Assembly (NCBI GenBank): GCA_033762915.1
Contig: JANRLD010000026.1
Span: forward strand, 32,001-96,000
Reading direction: 5' to 3'
Length of the DNA: 64,000 bases
From: Meiothermus sp.
Lineage (GTDB): Bacteria; Deinococcota; Deinococci; Deinococcales; Thermaceae
Shown here: positions 19,577 through 28,759 of the stretch, piece after piece
Position numbering within the stretch: position 1 is the first letter of the stretch
How the letters are laid out: every line of letters starts with the position of its first letter
The notes under the pieces: model-generated
Told to the model about the DNA's origin: nothing
The model's database searches: none
The model's input: the letters and a program-made list of their open reading frames with translations, nothing else
Translations under genes and position numbers: made by a program

Positions 19577-19729
19577 AAGCCTCGATTATTTCGCCAATTG
19601 CCAAGAAATACCAGAGGAATTGAACCTCATACTTTTGGTTGACCGAATTGGGTTCGCTGTTATGGGGAGGATGGTGCCGTGCGTGGCTACCCAAAAGCCG
19701 CTGACAGCCCATCTCCCCCGACCTAGGCC

Positions 19730-20434
19730 CTAGGCCTTCTGGCCCTCGAGCATCGGCCCGGCCTGCACGACCTCCTCGCGCACCAGCCTGCCGTCTTTGA
19801 GGTGCAGGATGTGCTCGGCCCGGCTTGCTAGCTCGAGGTCGTGGGTCACCAGGATCACGCTGCGTCCCTCCTCGGCCTGGTGCAACAGCAACTCCACCAC
19901 CAGCGCCCCCGAGGCCGAGTCCAGATTGCCGGTGGGCTCGTCGGCGAACAGCACCATCGGGTTCAGTCCCAGCGCCCGCGCAATCGCCACCCGCTGCTGC
20001 TCGCCGCCAGAGAGCTTGTTGGGCAGATGGCCGGTGCGCTTGCCTAGCCCCACCTTCTCCAGGAGCGCCACCGCCCTGGCCTGCCGCTCCTTGTGCGGAA
20101 CCCCGGAGAGCATCATCGGGAAGGCCACGTTCTCGGCGGCGGTGAGGGTGGGGATCAGGTTCCACTGCTGGAAGACGAAGCCCATGTGCTTCAGCCGCAG
20201 GTCCGAGCGGGCGTCCTCGCCCAGCCGGGAGAGCCCCGTCCCGTCCAGGCGCACCTCCCCCTCGGTCGGCACGTCGAAGCCCGCCAGCAGGTTCAGCAGG
20301 GTGGTCTTGCCGGACCCCGACGGCCCCACAATGGCGGTCAGCCCCGGCTGAAAGGTGTAGGTGAAGTGGTCAACTGCCACCACGTCGATCTCACCCTGGT
20401 GGAAGCGCTTGTGCAGGTTGATGGCTTCTAGCAT
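19730..20434 (-). CDS. ABC transporter ATP-binding protein (LolD/MacB-like)
   Basis: [35 protein letters not shown]. Confidence 0.93.
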   Translation of the reverse strand: MLEAINLHKRFHQGEIDVVAVDHFTYTFQPGLTAIVGPSGSGKTTLLNLLAGFDVPTEGEVRLDGTGLSRLGEDARSDLRLKHMGFVFQQWNLIPTLTAAENVAFPMMLSGVPHKERQARAVALLEKVGLGKRTGHLPNKLSGGEQQRVAIARALGLNPMVLFADEPTGNLDSASGALVVELLLHQAEEGRSVILVTHDLELASRAEHILHLKDGRLVREEVVQAGPMLEGQKA

Positions 20435-20546
20435 CGGTAAACCTCAGAGGGAAGGTGAAGTGCGAGAAAAGAGGGCGGAGAACAGATGAGGCGTCCGGAG
20501 TTGCGTTTTTCACTGCTCCTCGCCGATCCTGCCTCCTGCCCTCCCT

Positions 20547-21686
20547 CTAAATGCGTCCTAGCGCTTCCACCACCTTCAGGCGGCTAGCGGTGCGGGCGGG
20601 GAAGAATCCCGCCAGCAATCCTAAGACCACCGCCACCAGCAGTGCAAACGAGGCCAGGCGGAAGGTCACGGCGGAGAGGGCTAGGCCGACCTCGCGCACG
20701 GTGTACCAGTTGACCAGTGCGGCGGCGAGCTGGCCCACCACCAAGCCCAAGAGGCCGCCCACGATGCCCAGCAGCAGCGCCTCGAGCAGCACCAGCCCGA
20801 AGATGAAATTGCGCTTGGCCCCAAGTGCCCGCATCAGCCCGAACTCGCGGATGCGCTCGTAGACCGACATCATCACCGTGTTGGCGACCAGCAGGCCGCC
20901 CACGATCAGGGCTACCAGGCTGATCCCGAAGCGCACCAGGTCGGAGATCCGCACCGCCCGCTCGGCGAACTGGAGCACGTCGCCGGTGGTCTGGGCGCTC
21001 ACCCCGCTGACGCGCGCCTCGATGGCCTTGGCCACGTCGTCGGCCTTGCGGCCCTCGGCGATGGCGACCGCCATGGAGGTGTAGTTGGAGGTGCCCAGCG
21101 CGGTGTGGACGGCGCTGACCGGGACGAAGATGATGCTGTCGGAGAGGCCGCCGGAGGACTTCAGGATGCCTTCGACCTTGAGGGTCACGCGGGGTGAGAT
21201 CCGCAGGCTCTTGCCGATGCTCAGGTTGCTGCGCTCGGCCACCCGGTCCCCCACGATGGCCCCACTGGCGCTGGGGGTGATGGCCCCCTCGCGCACCTCG
21301 AGGTTGGGGTAGAGCTTCTTGGGGCCCAGGTCGTCGGGCAGGCCCTGGAAGACGAAGGTGCTCTGCGGGTCGAAGCCGCCGCGGGTGAGCACCACGTAGG
21401 GGATTACCTGGGTGACCCCCAGCTCCTTGGCGCTGGCCTCGAGCTGCCGCACCGTCTCGGGCCGCAGCTCGGGGTAGCCGGGGCTGAAGGCCTCCACCCC
21501 CTCCGGCAGCACCAGCACCGCCGGGCCGACGCTCGAGAGCTCGGCCCCCAGCGCCTTGCGCAGCCCCTCCCCGAAGCTCAGGAACAGCACCATCGAGGCC
21601 GTCGAGACCACGATGCCCAGGAGGGTCAGGACGCTGCGAATCGGGCGGGCGCGAAGGTTGCGGTAGACCAAAGCCAGGACTTCCAT
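20547..21686 (-). CDS. ABC transporter permease (MacB/FtsX type)
   Basis: RNLRARPIRSVLTLLGI; periplasmic domain; NTVMMSVYERIREFGLMRALGA. Confidence 0.9.
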   Translation of the reverse strand: MEVLALVYRNLRARPIRSVLTLLGIVVSTASMVLFLSFGEGLRKALGAELSSVGPAVLVLPEGVEAFSPGYPELRPETVRQLEASAKELGVTQVIPYVVLTRGGFDPQSTFVFQGLPDDLGPKKLYPNLEVREGAITPSASGAIVGDRVAERSNLSIGKSLRISPRVTLKVEGILKSSGGLSDSIIFVPVSAVHTALGTSNYTSMAVAIAEGRKADDVAKAIEARVSGVSAQTTGDVLQFAERAVRISDLVRFGISLVALIVGGLLVANTVMMSVYERIREFGLMRALGAKRNFIFGLVLLEALLLGIVGGLLGLVVGQLAAALVNWYTVREVGLALSAVTFRLASFALLVAVVLGLLAGFFPARTASRLKVVEALGRI

Positions 21687-21797
21687 TCGGTATAGGATAC
21701 GGGGTTTTTGTGAAAAAAGTGGTCAGAAAGCCGGGGCGAGGGCCGAGCAGCACTTGGCGACCCGCCGAAAACCGAACGCCAGAACCGGTGCCCTCCT

Positions 21798-21893
21798 GTG
21801 CGCGTTTCCTACCATGACTTCCCTCGCGGCGGCAGGTAATGTACTCCCTACAACGGTTTTTGCTGTAGGGAGTATGCGCGGGAACCGCTCTGA
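21798..21893. mobile_element. MITE/REP-like element copy 5 (complete, loop inverted)
   Basis: CGCGTTTCCTACC...GCGGGAACCGCTCT; 11-bp perfect stem TACTCCCTACA/TGTAGGGAGTA. Confidence 0.7.
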
Positions 21894-22105
21894 GTGCGGC
21901 GGCTTTTGCCCAGCGGTGGATCTGGGGGCTATAGCGGTCGTTTCAGAGCGGCGGACAGCACCCAGGGAGCCAATGGGCGAGCCGCCAAGCGCCCGTCCGG
22001 AATTGCGCCCGCAGCCGGCGCACCAGGCGACGGCCTTTGGCGCATCTTGCGCGGGCCCGACTCGGCCGATGGGCATCGCTCAGCTCGTCGCTGTAAGCTC
22101 TAGGC

Positions 22106-22816
22106 ATGTTGATCTACGGACGTAACCCGGTGCTCGAGGCCATCCGCGAGGGGCAGGCCGGGCAGGTGTGGGTGGCCCGGGGGGTGGAGGGCTGGCTGCT
22201 GAAGGAACTGGACAAGCTCCAGGCCGAGTACAAGCTGGTGCCGCGCATCGAGCTGGACCAGATGGTAAAGACGACGCAGCACCAGGGGCTGGTGGCCGAA
22301 CTCGAGGAGGCCACCTACTCAGACCCCCAGGCCCCCTTGCGCTTGGCCCAGGGGCGCGGCGAGCAGCCCCTGCTGGTCGTTCTGGACGGTGTGACCGACC
22401 CGCGCAACTACGGCGCCATCATCCGCAGCGCCTTCGCGCTGGGGGCGCACGGGGTCGTCACCGAGGAGCGCCGCAGCGCCCCACTGTCGGCCATCGTGCT
22501 CAAGGCCTCGGCCGGCACCGCCAGCAAGATCCCGCTGGTGCAGGTCAAGAACATCGCCCGCTACCTCGAGCAGATCAAAGAGCAGGGCCTGTGGGTCTAC
22601 GGTACCAGCGGCCGGGCCAGCAAGACCCTCGAGCAACTCGACTACAAGCGACCCCTGGCCGTTGTGATCGGATCGGAGGGCGAGGGCATGCGCCGGCTGG
22701 TGGGCGAACACTGCGACGAGCTGGCCAGGATCGCCCTGGCTCCGGGTGCCGAGAGCCTCAACGCGGCGGTGGCGCTGGGGGTGGTGCTCTACCAGGCCCA
22801 GCTTGGGCGGAAGTAA
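22106..22816 (+). CDS. rlmB: 23S rRNA (Gm2251) 2'-O-methyltransferase, SpoU family
   Basis: IYGRNPVLEA, HQGLVA, LDGVTDPRNYGAIIRSA, IGSEGEGMR, ESLNAAVA. Confidence 0.9.
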   Translation: MLIYGRNPVLEAIREGQAGQVWVARGVEGWLLKELDKLQAEYKLVPRIELDQMVKTTQHQGLVAELEEATYSDPQAPLRLAQGRGEQPLLVVLDGVTDPRNYGAIIRSAFALGAHGVVTEERRSAPLSAIVLKASAGTASKIPLVQVKNIARYLEQIKEQGLWVYGTSGRASKTLEQLDYKRPLAVVIGSEGEGMRRLVGEHCDELARIALAPGAESLNAAVALGVVLYQAQLGRK

Positions 22817-22910
22817 GCGTCTGCACGGCTGCAATGCGGAGTGCCGCCCCGCGACGCCCAGGGAACTGCGCCCCTGCTTGCACCATTGGTAGCCCGGGCG
22901 CAGGAAAGGG

Positions 22911-22944
22911 GAGTACCGCCGGGCCCGAAGGCCCGGCGGTACTC
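22911..22944 (-). terminator. Stable hairpin between convergent rlmB and LruC-domain genes
   Basis: 15-bp perfect stem with a cUUCGg tetraloop on the minus strand. Confidence 0.7.
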
Positions 22945-22977
22945 TGTGCGGCTTCCGACTGCAGTCGGTCTCGAGCC

Positions 22978-25263
22978 TTAGGGCGCCACGAACAGCTTCT
23001 GGGCGTCGCGGTAGCCGGGCAGGTCGCGGTACCAGTCCTTGCTGTTAGCCCCGTTACTCAGGGCCCAGGTGTCGAAGTTGAGGTAGCCCACGCGGATGTC
23101 CAGACCCAGGCTGACCCAGCCGTTGGGCTGGTTGAGCACCTCGCGCAAGTAGGTGTACTGGGTGGGCAGGTGCAGGGCCCAGGGGCGGTTAAAGCTGTCG
23201 ATGTAGAAGCGGTTGGCGGTGGGGTTGGAGGTGTCGTCGCCGGTGCCGTAGAGGCTGGTGTTGGCTTTGGCGGTGGGGCGGTAGCCGGCCAGGTGGATCT
23301 CCATGCCGCGGCTCCAGACCGGCACATAGCGGCCGTCCTGCAGCCTGACCGGGTTGGCGATGATGAAGGGGTTGTAGGGCGCGGCGCCGGGGGCCGAGGC
23401 GGCCAGGGGGCTGGTGAGGTTGATGGTCATGCGGACCCGCCCGGGGATTTTGGTGGGCTCGGTGGGCACCACGTTGGAGTAGAAGGGGCGGCTGGGCACG
23501 GAGGGCTCGAGCAGGTCGTAGCCGTTGTCGAAGACGATGAACACCGCCTTGGACTGTCCGGCCTCGGTGCCGTTGGGGTTGCGGTCTTGGGTGTAGTGGA
23601 TCGGCGGGGCGCCGGCCTGCAGACTCCCGTTTTTCTCCCACTGGTAGTTCACGCTGGCCACCTGGCTGGGCAGCAGGTCGGTGGAGAAGGCCAGGCCATT
23701 GTGCCAGCCGCCGCCCAGGGCCCGCAGCACGAACTCGGTCTGAATCTGCACCAGCTGCCCGCCCGCGTTGGTCACGTGGTTGATGTTGTAGTCGACCACC
23801 ATGTCGTTGAAGTCATAGTCGCCCCTGCGCGGCCAGAGGTCCTCGAAGGCCAGGGTGCCGTAGTCGTTCTTGGCCGGGAAGTAGTTGTTGAAGGCCCTGG
23901 CGGGGTCGGTGGGGTAGGCGTCGAAGGTGTCGTTGGCGCCGTCACTGTCGCTGTCAGCGGTGGTGGGGTCCCTGGAGGGGGCCAGGTCGGCGGTGCGGGT
24001 GAGGTCGGGGTTGGCGGGGTCGCGCACCACGATGTTGGTCTTCTGGACGGCGGTGTAGGGGTTGGCTTCGACCAGCAGCACCGCGTCGTTGAAGTCCTGG
24101 TCGCCGCCGCGGTGGCGCAGGATGTCCTCGAGGCCCAGGATCAGGGTCTGGCGGTTGTCGTCGTAGAGCAGCACGGTCTGGGAGCTGTTGGCCACGGTCA
24201 TGCCCTGCCCAGCGTAGAGCTGGTGGTTGAGCAGGGGGTCGGAGAAGACGCTCCGCTCGGCGGAGCGCTCGAGCACCCCGGTGGAGCTGTTGCGCCAGCC
24301 GTTGGCCACCAGGAACCAGCCGATGCCGGTTCTGGCGGGGAACACGTCGCTCCAGGTCTGGGTGGTGGTGTCGAAGTGGCGCAGCTTGACCCGGTTGCCC
24401 GACTGCAGCCCGCCGCCCGAGCCCTGGTAGGAGGCGTTGGGGTAGGCCATGATCATGCGGCTGAGGATCTCGCTGACGGTGCGGGGCGGGTTGGCAGCGG
24501 GGTACAGGTAGTAGCCCACCGCGTTGAGGTAGCCGGCACCCTCGTGGACGAAGGTCAGCCAGACCTCGGCCGGGTCTTTGAGCACCAGGTTGCTGATGGC
24601 GTCCCGGGCGATGTAGCGGCTGCGGGTGGGGTCGCTGGGCAGCGGCGAGCCCTCGGGCAGGGTGGCGTTGATGGTCCTGAGCATGGCGGCGGTCAGCTTG
24701 GTAGAGGGGGTAGTGAGGTTGCTGGGCACCCCGAGGCTGTTCCAGTTGCCGAACCCGCCCAAGTAGCGATAGCTGTAGGTGACATTCTGAAGACTCACCC
24801 CAGGGGATTCGGGGGCGCTGCGGGGCACCATGACGTTGAGGGCGGTGATGGTCTGGTCGTCGAGGCGCACTCGAGCCTTGCCCTCTTTGATGGAGACCTT
24901 GATGGGCTCGCTGATCACGCCGATGTAGTCGACCCGTATGCCCACTTCCTTAAGGTCGGAAGGCAGGGTCACCTGGGTGCGGTAGAAGCCCTGGGCATTG
25001 GTGGAGCCGCTGAGCATCTGCTTGCTCTCGTCTACCGAGCCGTCGGGCAGGAAGCCCTGGAAGACCCGTACCGGGGCCCCGGCGGCCGCCTCGCCCAGGC
25101 TGCGCACCTCGACCTCGAGCTGCACGTCCTGGGTGGTCTTGAAGTTGAAGTCTTCGGGCTTGGAGGTGGGGGAGGAGTTGGGCGCCTGGAGGGAGCCGCA
25201 GGCGGTAGCCAGCAGGGCGACCAGGGCGACCAGGGGGGATAGGTACCTCGGGGGTGTATTCAC
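22978..25263 (-). CDS. LruC-domain (DUF4842/DUF4114-like) lipoprotein
   Basis: Lipobox LATAC; FVHEGAGYLN, LGLEDI..DQDFND, Ca-binding-like DSDSDGANDTFDAYPTDP, GTLAFEDLWP..GDYDFNDMVV, YNPFI, EIHLAGYRPT. Confidence 0.82.
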   Translation of the reverse strand: MNTPPRYLSPLVALVALLATACGSLQAPNSSPTSKPEDFNFKTTQDVQLEVEVRSLGEAAAGAPVRVFQGFLPDGSVDESKQMLSGSTNAQGFYRTQVTLPSDLKEVGIRVDYIGVISEPIKVSIKEGKARVRLDDQTITALNVMVPRSAPESPGVSLQNVTYSYRYLGGFGNWNSLGVPSNLTTPSTKLTAAMLRTINATLPEGSPLPSDPTRSRYIARDAISNLVLKDPAEVWLTFVHEGAGYLNAVGYYLYPAANPPRTVSEILSRMIMAYPNASYQGSGGGLQSGNRVKLRHFDTTTQTWSDVFPARTGIGWFLVANGWRNSSTGVLERSAERSVFSDPLLNHQLYAGQGMTVANSSQTVLLYDDNRQTLILGLEDILRHRGGDQDFNDAVLLVEANPYTAVQKTNIVVRDPANPDLTRTADLAPSRDPTTADSDSDGANDTFDAYPTDPARAFNNYFPAKNDYGTLAFEDLWPRRGDYDFNDMVVDYNINHVTNAGGQLVQIQTEFVLRALGGGWHNGLAFSTDLLPSQVASVNYQWEKNGSLQAGAPPIHYTQDRNPNGTEAGQSKAVFIVFDNGYDLLEPSVPSRPFYSNVVPTEPTKIPGRVRMTINLTSPLAASAPGAAPYNPFIIANPVRLQDGRYVPVWSRGMEIHLAGYRPTAKANTSLYGTGDDTSNPTANRFYIDSFNRPWALHLPTQYTYLREVLNQPNGWVSLGLDIRVGYLNFDTWALSNGANSKDWYRDLPGYRDAQKLFVAP

Positions 25264-25362
25264 GTTCTACCTCAGCAAGGATGAAGGTAGACCCATCTCG
25301 TGGAAAAGTTGTGACCACAGCCGTGAACCGAGCTGTGCCGGGTCGGGCGCTAATATCGGAGC

Positions 25363-27006
25363 ATGACGTCGGTCAACCCCAGGGGCGCCTGGGCCCTGCT
25401 CGTACTGGCGCTTGCGGGGCTTAACTGGGGCCTGTATGCCGGGCTGGGCCCGCAGGTTTCGGCCCCCACCTCCCTGCCGTACTGGGGCAAGGTGGGGGCC
25501 GAACCCCCCAGCAGTTGGCGGGCCCTGGGCTCTGAGGAGGGCGCTACCCTGTGGTTGACCGACCTGAGCGGCCCCCCGCGGCCCTACCGCCTCCTGCTGA
25601 GTGCGGCCTCCGGAGGGCCTGTGGAGCTGATCTTTCAGGCCCAGGCGACCGAGCCGCTTTCCCGGGCCCACTACGTGCGCCTCGAGCGGCGGGAGGGGAG
25701 GCTGCGGGTCTCGAGCGGCTACTACGACGTGCGCGGGCAGTCCCGGTCCCTCGCCGAGCGGTCGGTTCAGACGGGCCAGAGCGCCGCCTACCCGACCCTC
25801 GAGGTCGATGTCCAACCCCGCACCTATCGGCTGAGCCTGGACGGCAGGGGGCTGTTCCAACTGCCGCTGCGCTACGTGGGCGGGCGGGTGCTGCTGCGGC
25901 TGCCGGCCGGGGCCGACGGCCTGGAGCTACGGGCCCTGGCCCCGGCCGCTCCGGTACCCCTGGCGCCCCAGGCCGCCCCTGAGCCCACGGCCACCCTGCT
26001 ATACCGCGCCGACTTCAGCCGCCCCGACCCCGGCTGGCGCCTGCTCGAGGGGGCTTGGCGCTGGGGTCAGGGCTACCTCGAGCAGAGTAGCCCTGAGGGC
26101 TTTGACCTCGCGGCCCTTCCTCCCGCCCCTGCCTTCTCGGAGTTCCGCCTGCGGGTCCGACTGCAGCACCTCGAGGGTGCCGGTGGCGGGGTGGTGTTTA
26201 ACCTCCCTACCACCGAGGGGCTGCGCGGGGGGCACCTGGTGCGCTTTGCCGAGGACGGGCGCAGCCTCTTCTGGGGCTACTTCGACCGCGGGGGGGCTTT
26301 TGTCGGCCAGGGCTTTGCCCCGCTCAAGCCCTCCGGCCTCGACCCCCACCGGCTGGAGGTGCTCAGCCGGCGGGACACCTACGAGGTGCGTCTGGACGGT
26401 GCGACCCTGGCCCGCGGGGTGCCCCTCTACGGTAACCGGGGCTTTGTGGGCCTGACGGCCTCTCAGAGCCGCACCAGCTTCACCGAGCTGCGGGTTGAGC
26501 GCCTGGAGCCCGAGGCCGACCCCACGGGCCTCAGCTTCCTCGAGCCGGGGCTGGCCTTCGACTCCCAGGGGGGACGCTGGCAGCGGGTTGGGCTGGCCCT
26601 CTACCAACAGGACCCCACCCCGCAGGAAGCCCGCATGGCCAGCCGAAAGCCGCTCGAGCTGCGCCGCCTGCGGATGGAACTACGGCCGGGGGAGACTGCC
26701 GAGGCGGTGGGGGTTTACGGGGTGCCGGCCCCGTCGGACTGGCGGGGGGGCTGGGGGGTTCGCCTCAGCCAGGGCGGTCGGAAGCTGGTGTGGGGGCGTG
26801 TGGAAGAGGGGGGCCTCCTGGAGGGCGGTAGCCTGGAGGTTGGTGGAGGGCTCGAGCCGCTGGGCCTGGCGTGGGAGGGCGGGGACGTCCGGCTCTACTG
26901 GGGGCCCCGTCTGCTGGGGGAGTTGCCCAGCCCTCGGCCGGGCTATCTGGTCTTACAGACCCTGCACGGGCCCGCCGGGTTCGTGCCCTTGGAGGTCCGG
27001 CGGTGA
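25363..27006 (+). CDS. Membrane-anchored protein with ConA/LamG-like beta-sandwich domains
   Basis: N-terminal TM; LYRADFS...WRLLEGAW...GFVGL...FTELRV pattern; stop overlaps the next start (GTGA). Confidence 0.6.
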   Translation: MTSVNPRGAWALLVLALAGLNWGLYAGLGPQVSAPTSLPYWGKVGAEPPSSWRALGSEEGATLWLTDLSGPPRPYRLLLSAASGGPVELIFQAQATEPLSRAHYVRLERREGRLRVSSGYYDVRGQSRSLAERSVQTGQSAAYPTLEVDVQPRTYRLSLDGRGLFQLPLRYVGGRVLLRLPAGADGLELRALAPAAPVPLAPQAAPEPTATLLYRADFSRPDPGWRLLEGAWRWGQGYLEQSSPEGFDLAALPPAPAFSEFRLRVRLQHLEGAGGGVVFNLPTTEGLRGGHLVRFAEDGRSLFWGYFDRGGAFVGQGFAPLKPSGLDPHRLEVLSRRDTYEVRLDGATLARGVPLYGNRGFVGLTASQSRTSFTELRVERLEPEADPTGLSFLEPGLAFDSQGGRWQRVGLALYQQDPTPQEARMASRKPLELRRLRMELRPGETAEAVGVYGVPAPSDWRGGWGVRLSQGGRKLVWGRVEEGGLLEGGSLEVGGGLEPLGLAWEGGDVRLYWGPRLLGELPSPRPGYLVLQTLHGPAGFVPLEVRR

Positions 27007-28154
27007 GCCCCAACCCGCTCATCGTCGGCGTGCGCAGATTCTGGGCCGAGTGGGGGCCGGCCGCCGAGGTCTTCCTGCTGACCCGCCTGCCGCTGTTAGG
27101 CCTGGCTTTTCTGGCCGAAGTGGCCATCCCCGGCCGTGAGGGGCCGGGGTTCTACCACCTGGCCCCGGGCAACATCTGGCTGGACGTCTGGGCCCGCTGG
27201 GACAGCGGCTTTTACATCGAAATCGCCCGACAGGGCTACAGCTACTACCTGGGCGAGCCGGCCTCGGTGGCCTTCTTCCCGCTCTATCCGCTGCTGATCC
27301 AGCTGCTGGGCGCGGCGGTGGGCAGCCCGCTGCTGGCCGGGGTACTGCTCAGCAACCTCTGCTTCGCCCTGGCTCTGGGGGTGCTGTGGCGGCTGTGCGT
27401 GCTCGAGCTGGGCCGGGCCGCCGCCCGGCGCGCCCTGTTCTATCTGGCCGCCTTTCCCACCGCCTTCTTCTATAGCGCGGTGTACACCGAGAGCCTGTTC
27501 CTGCTGCTCTCGCTGCTGGTGTTCTACCACGCCCGCCGGGGCAACTGGGCCTGGGCTACCCTGTTCTGCGCCCTGGCCTCCTCGAGCCGCATCGTGGGCT
27601 TTTTGCTGGTGCTGGTGCTGGTGCTGGAGTACCTGCGGGTCTCGCCGGGCGTGCGCGGCTGGCCGGCCCTGCTGGGCATGGGGCTGCTGGGCGGTAGCGG
27701 CCTGTGGAGCTACATGATCTTCCTCTGGGCACGCTTCGGCGACCCGCTGGCCTTCTGGACCGTGCAGGTCAGCTTCAACCGCGAGAACCTGGGGCCCCTA
27801 GCCGCCATTTGGCGCGACCTGAGGCCGCTGCTAGAGCAGAACTGGCTAACCGGGCCGGTGGGCTGGAACGTGCCGCTGGACCTGCTGGCCGCGGGGGCCG
27901 GGTTCGCGCTCGGCGTGGTGGCCTGGCGGCGGCTGGGGGCCTCCTACGGGGTCTACTGCATCCTGAGCCTGCTGATCCCCCTCTGGAGCGGCACCGGCAG
28001 CCTCAGCCGCTACGTGGTAGTGCTGTTCCCGCTGTTCATGATCCTGGGCCTGTGGGGCCGGCGGTCGTCCCTCGACGCGGCCCTTCGCATCGTACTCCCG
28101 CTGATGATGGGCCTGCTGCTGGCCCTGTTCGTGAACTGGTACTTCGTGGCCTGA
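27003..28154 (+). CDS. PIG-V-like (GT-C fold) mannosyltransferase family protein
   Basis: ARWDSGFYIEIARQGY, AFFPLYP, FPTAFFYSAVYTESLFL, SLSRY; multi-TM; GTG start at 27003. Confidence 0.85.
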   Translation: MSPNPLIVGVRRFWAEWGPAAEVFLLTRLPLLGLAFLAEVAIPGREGPGFYHLAPGNIWLDVWARWDSGFYIEIARQGYSYYLGEPASVAFFPLYPLLIQLLGAAVGSPLLAGVLLSNLCFALALGVLWRLCVLELGRAAARRALFYLAAFPTAFFYSAVYTESLFLLLSLLVFYHARRGNWAWATLFCALASSSRIVGFLLVLVLVLEYLRVSPGVRGWPALLGMGLLGGSGLWSYMIFLWARFGDPLAFWTVQVSFNRENLGPLAAIWRDLRPLLEQNWLTGPVGWNVPLDLLAAGAGFALGVVAWRRLGASYGVYCILSLLIPLWSGTGSLSRYVVVLFPLFMILGLWGRRSSLDAALRIVLPLMMGLLLALFVNWYFVA

Positions 28155-28299
28155 TCGCGTTTCTGTGGGATTAGAGTAGAAGGAGGGCAGGATAGCTCGA
28201 TCGCGTTTAGCCTAAGTGGCCGAGTGGGAGTTGCTTCCCGCCCTAGCCAAACAGACTCGACTCCCCCAGTAGCTCGATAGAAGCGTGCGCTAAAGCGGA

Positions 28300-28400
28300 G
28301 ATTCTGTTGGCGAAGTCGGGGTGCAACTCGAGAAGTCGTGTCTTCATCGGTATCTCAATCCTCGCTTTATCACCCAGATTTGGAGTTCGCCAACAGAATC
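28300..28400. repeat. 15-bp perfect inverted repeat enclosing 71 nt
   Basis: GATTCTGTTGGCGAA (28300-28314) and TTCGCCAACAGAATC (28386-28400). Confidence 0.7.
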
Positions 28401-28401
28401 A

Positions 28402-28518
28402 GCGGAGTAGTGCACACGGTAGGGCAAAAACCGCCCTACCGTGTGTTCGTGGGAACCGCTCTACAGCAAAAACCGCCCGCTTTAGCACTGTAGGGAGTAG
28501 GCGCGGGAACCGATCTGA
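28402..28518. mobile_element. Two tandem MITE/REP-like half-elements (copies 6 and 7)
   Basis: 28402-28462 ends GTGGGAACCGCTCT with a 13-bp perfect stem; 28463-28518 ends GCGGGAACCGATCTGA. Confidence 0.68.
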
Positions 28519-28759
28519 GTGCGTCTCGGCCAGCTCTGCGACTGATTCCAACCCATGCCCTGCAACAACCTTGGGGCTGAAATCTGTTCCCTGCCGTGTT
28601 GTCGGGGATGCGGTGTCGTGGCGATCAATGGACGAACCGCTGTACGGGTTTGCACGGTTGCAGGGCGAGGTGCCGCCCCGAAACGCCCGGAGGAGTTGCG
28701 CCCGTGCGTGCATCGGGGGGCGTTTGCAGGGCGTTCGGCGGTTTCGCGAACCCCGGCAC

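Noticed and set aside
22168..25242. 1024-aa plus-strand ORF
   Set aside because: Antisense shadow of the LruC-domain gene and off-frame over rlmB; low-complexity translation typical of high-GC DNA.
28210..28290. GTGGCCGAGTGG resembling a tRNA D-arm
   Set aside because: No T-loop GTTCRA, acceptor stem or CCA at the proper spacing.
5527..28518. Repeat family as a CRISPR array
   Set aside because: Copies are kilobases apart and in both orientations, with no regular spacers and no cas genes.
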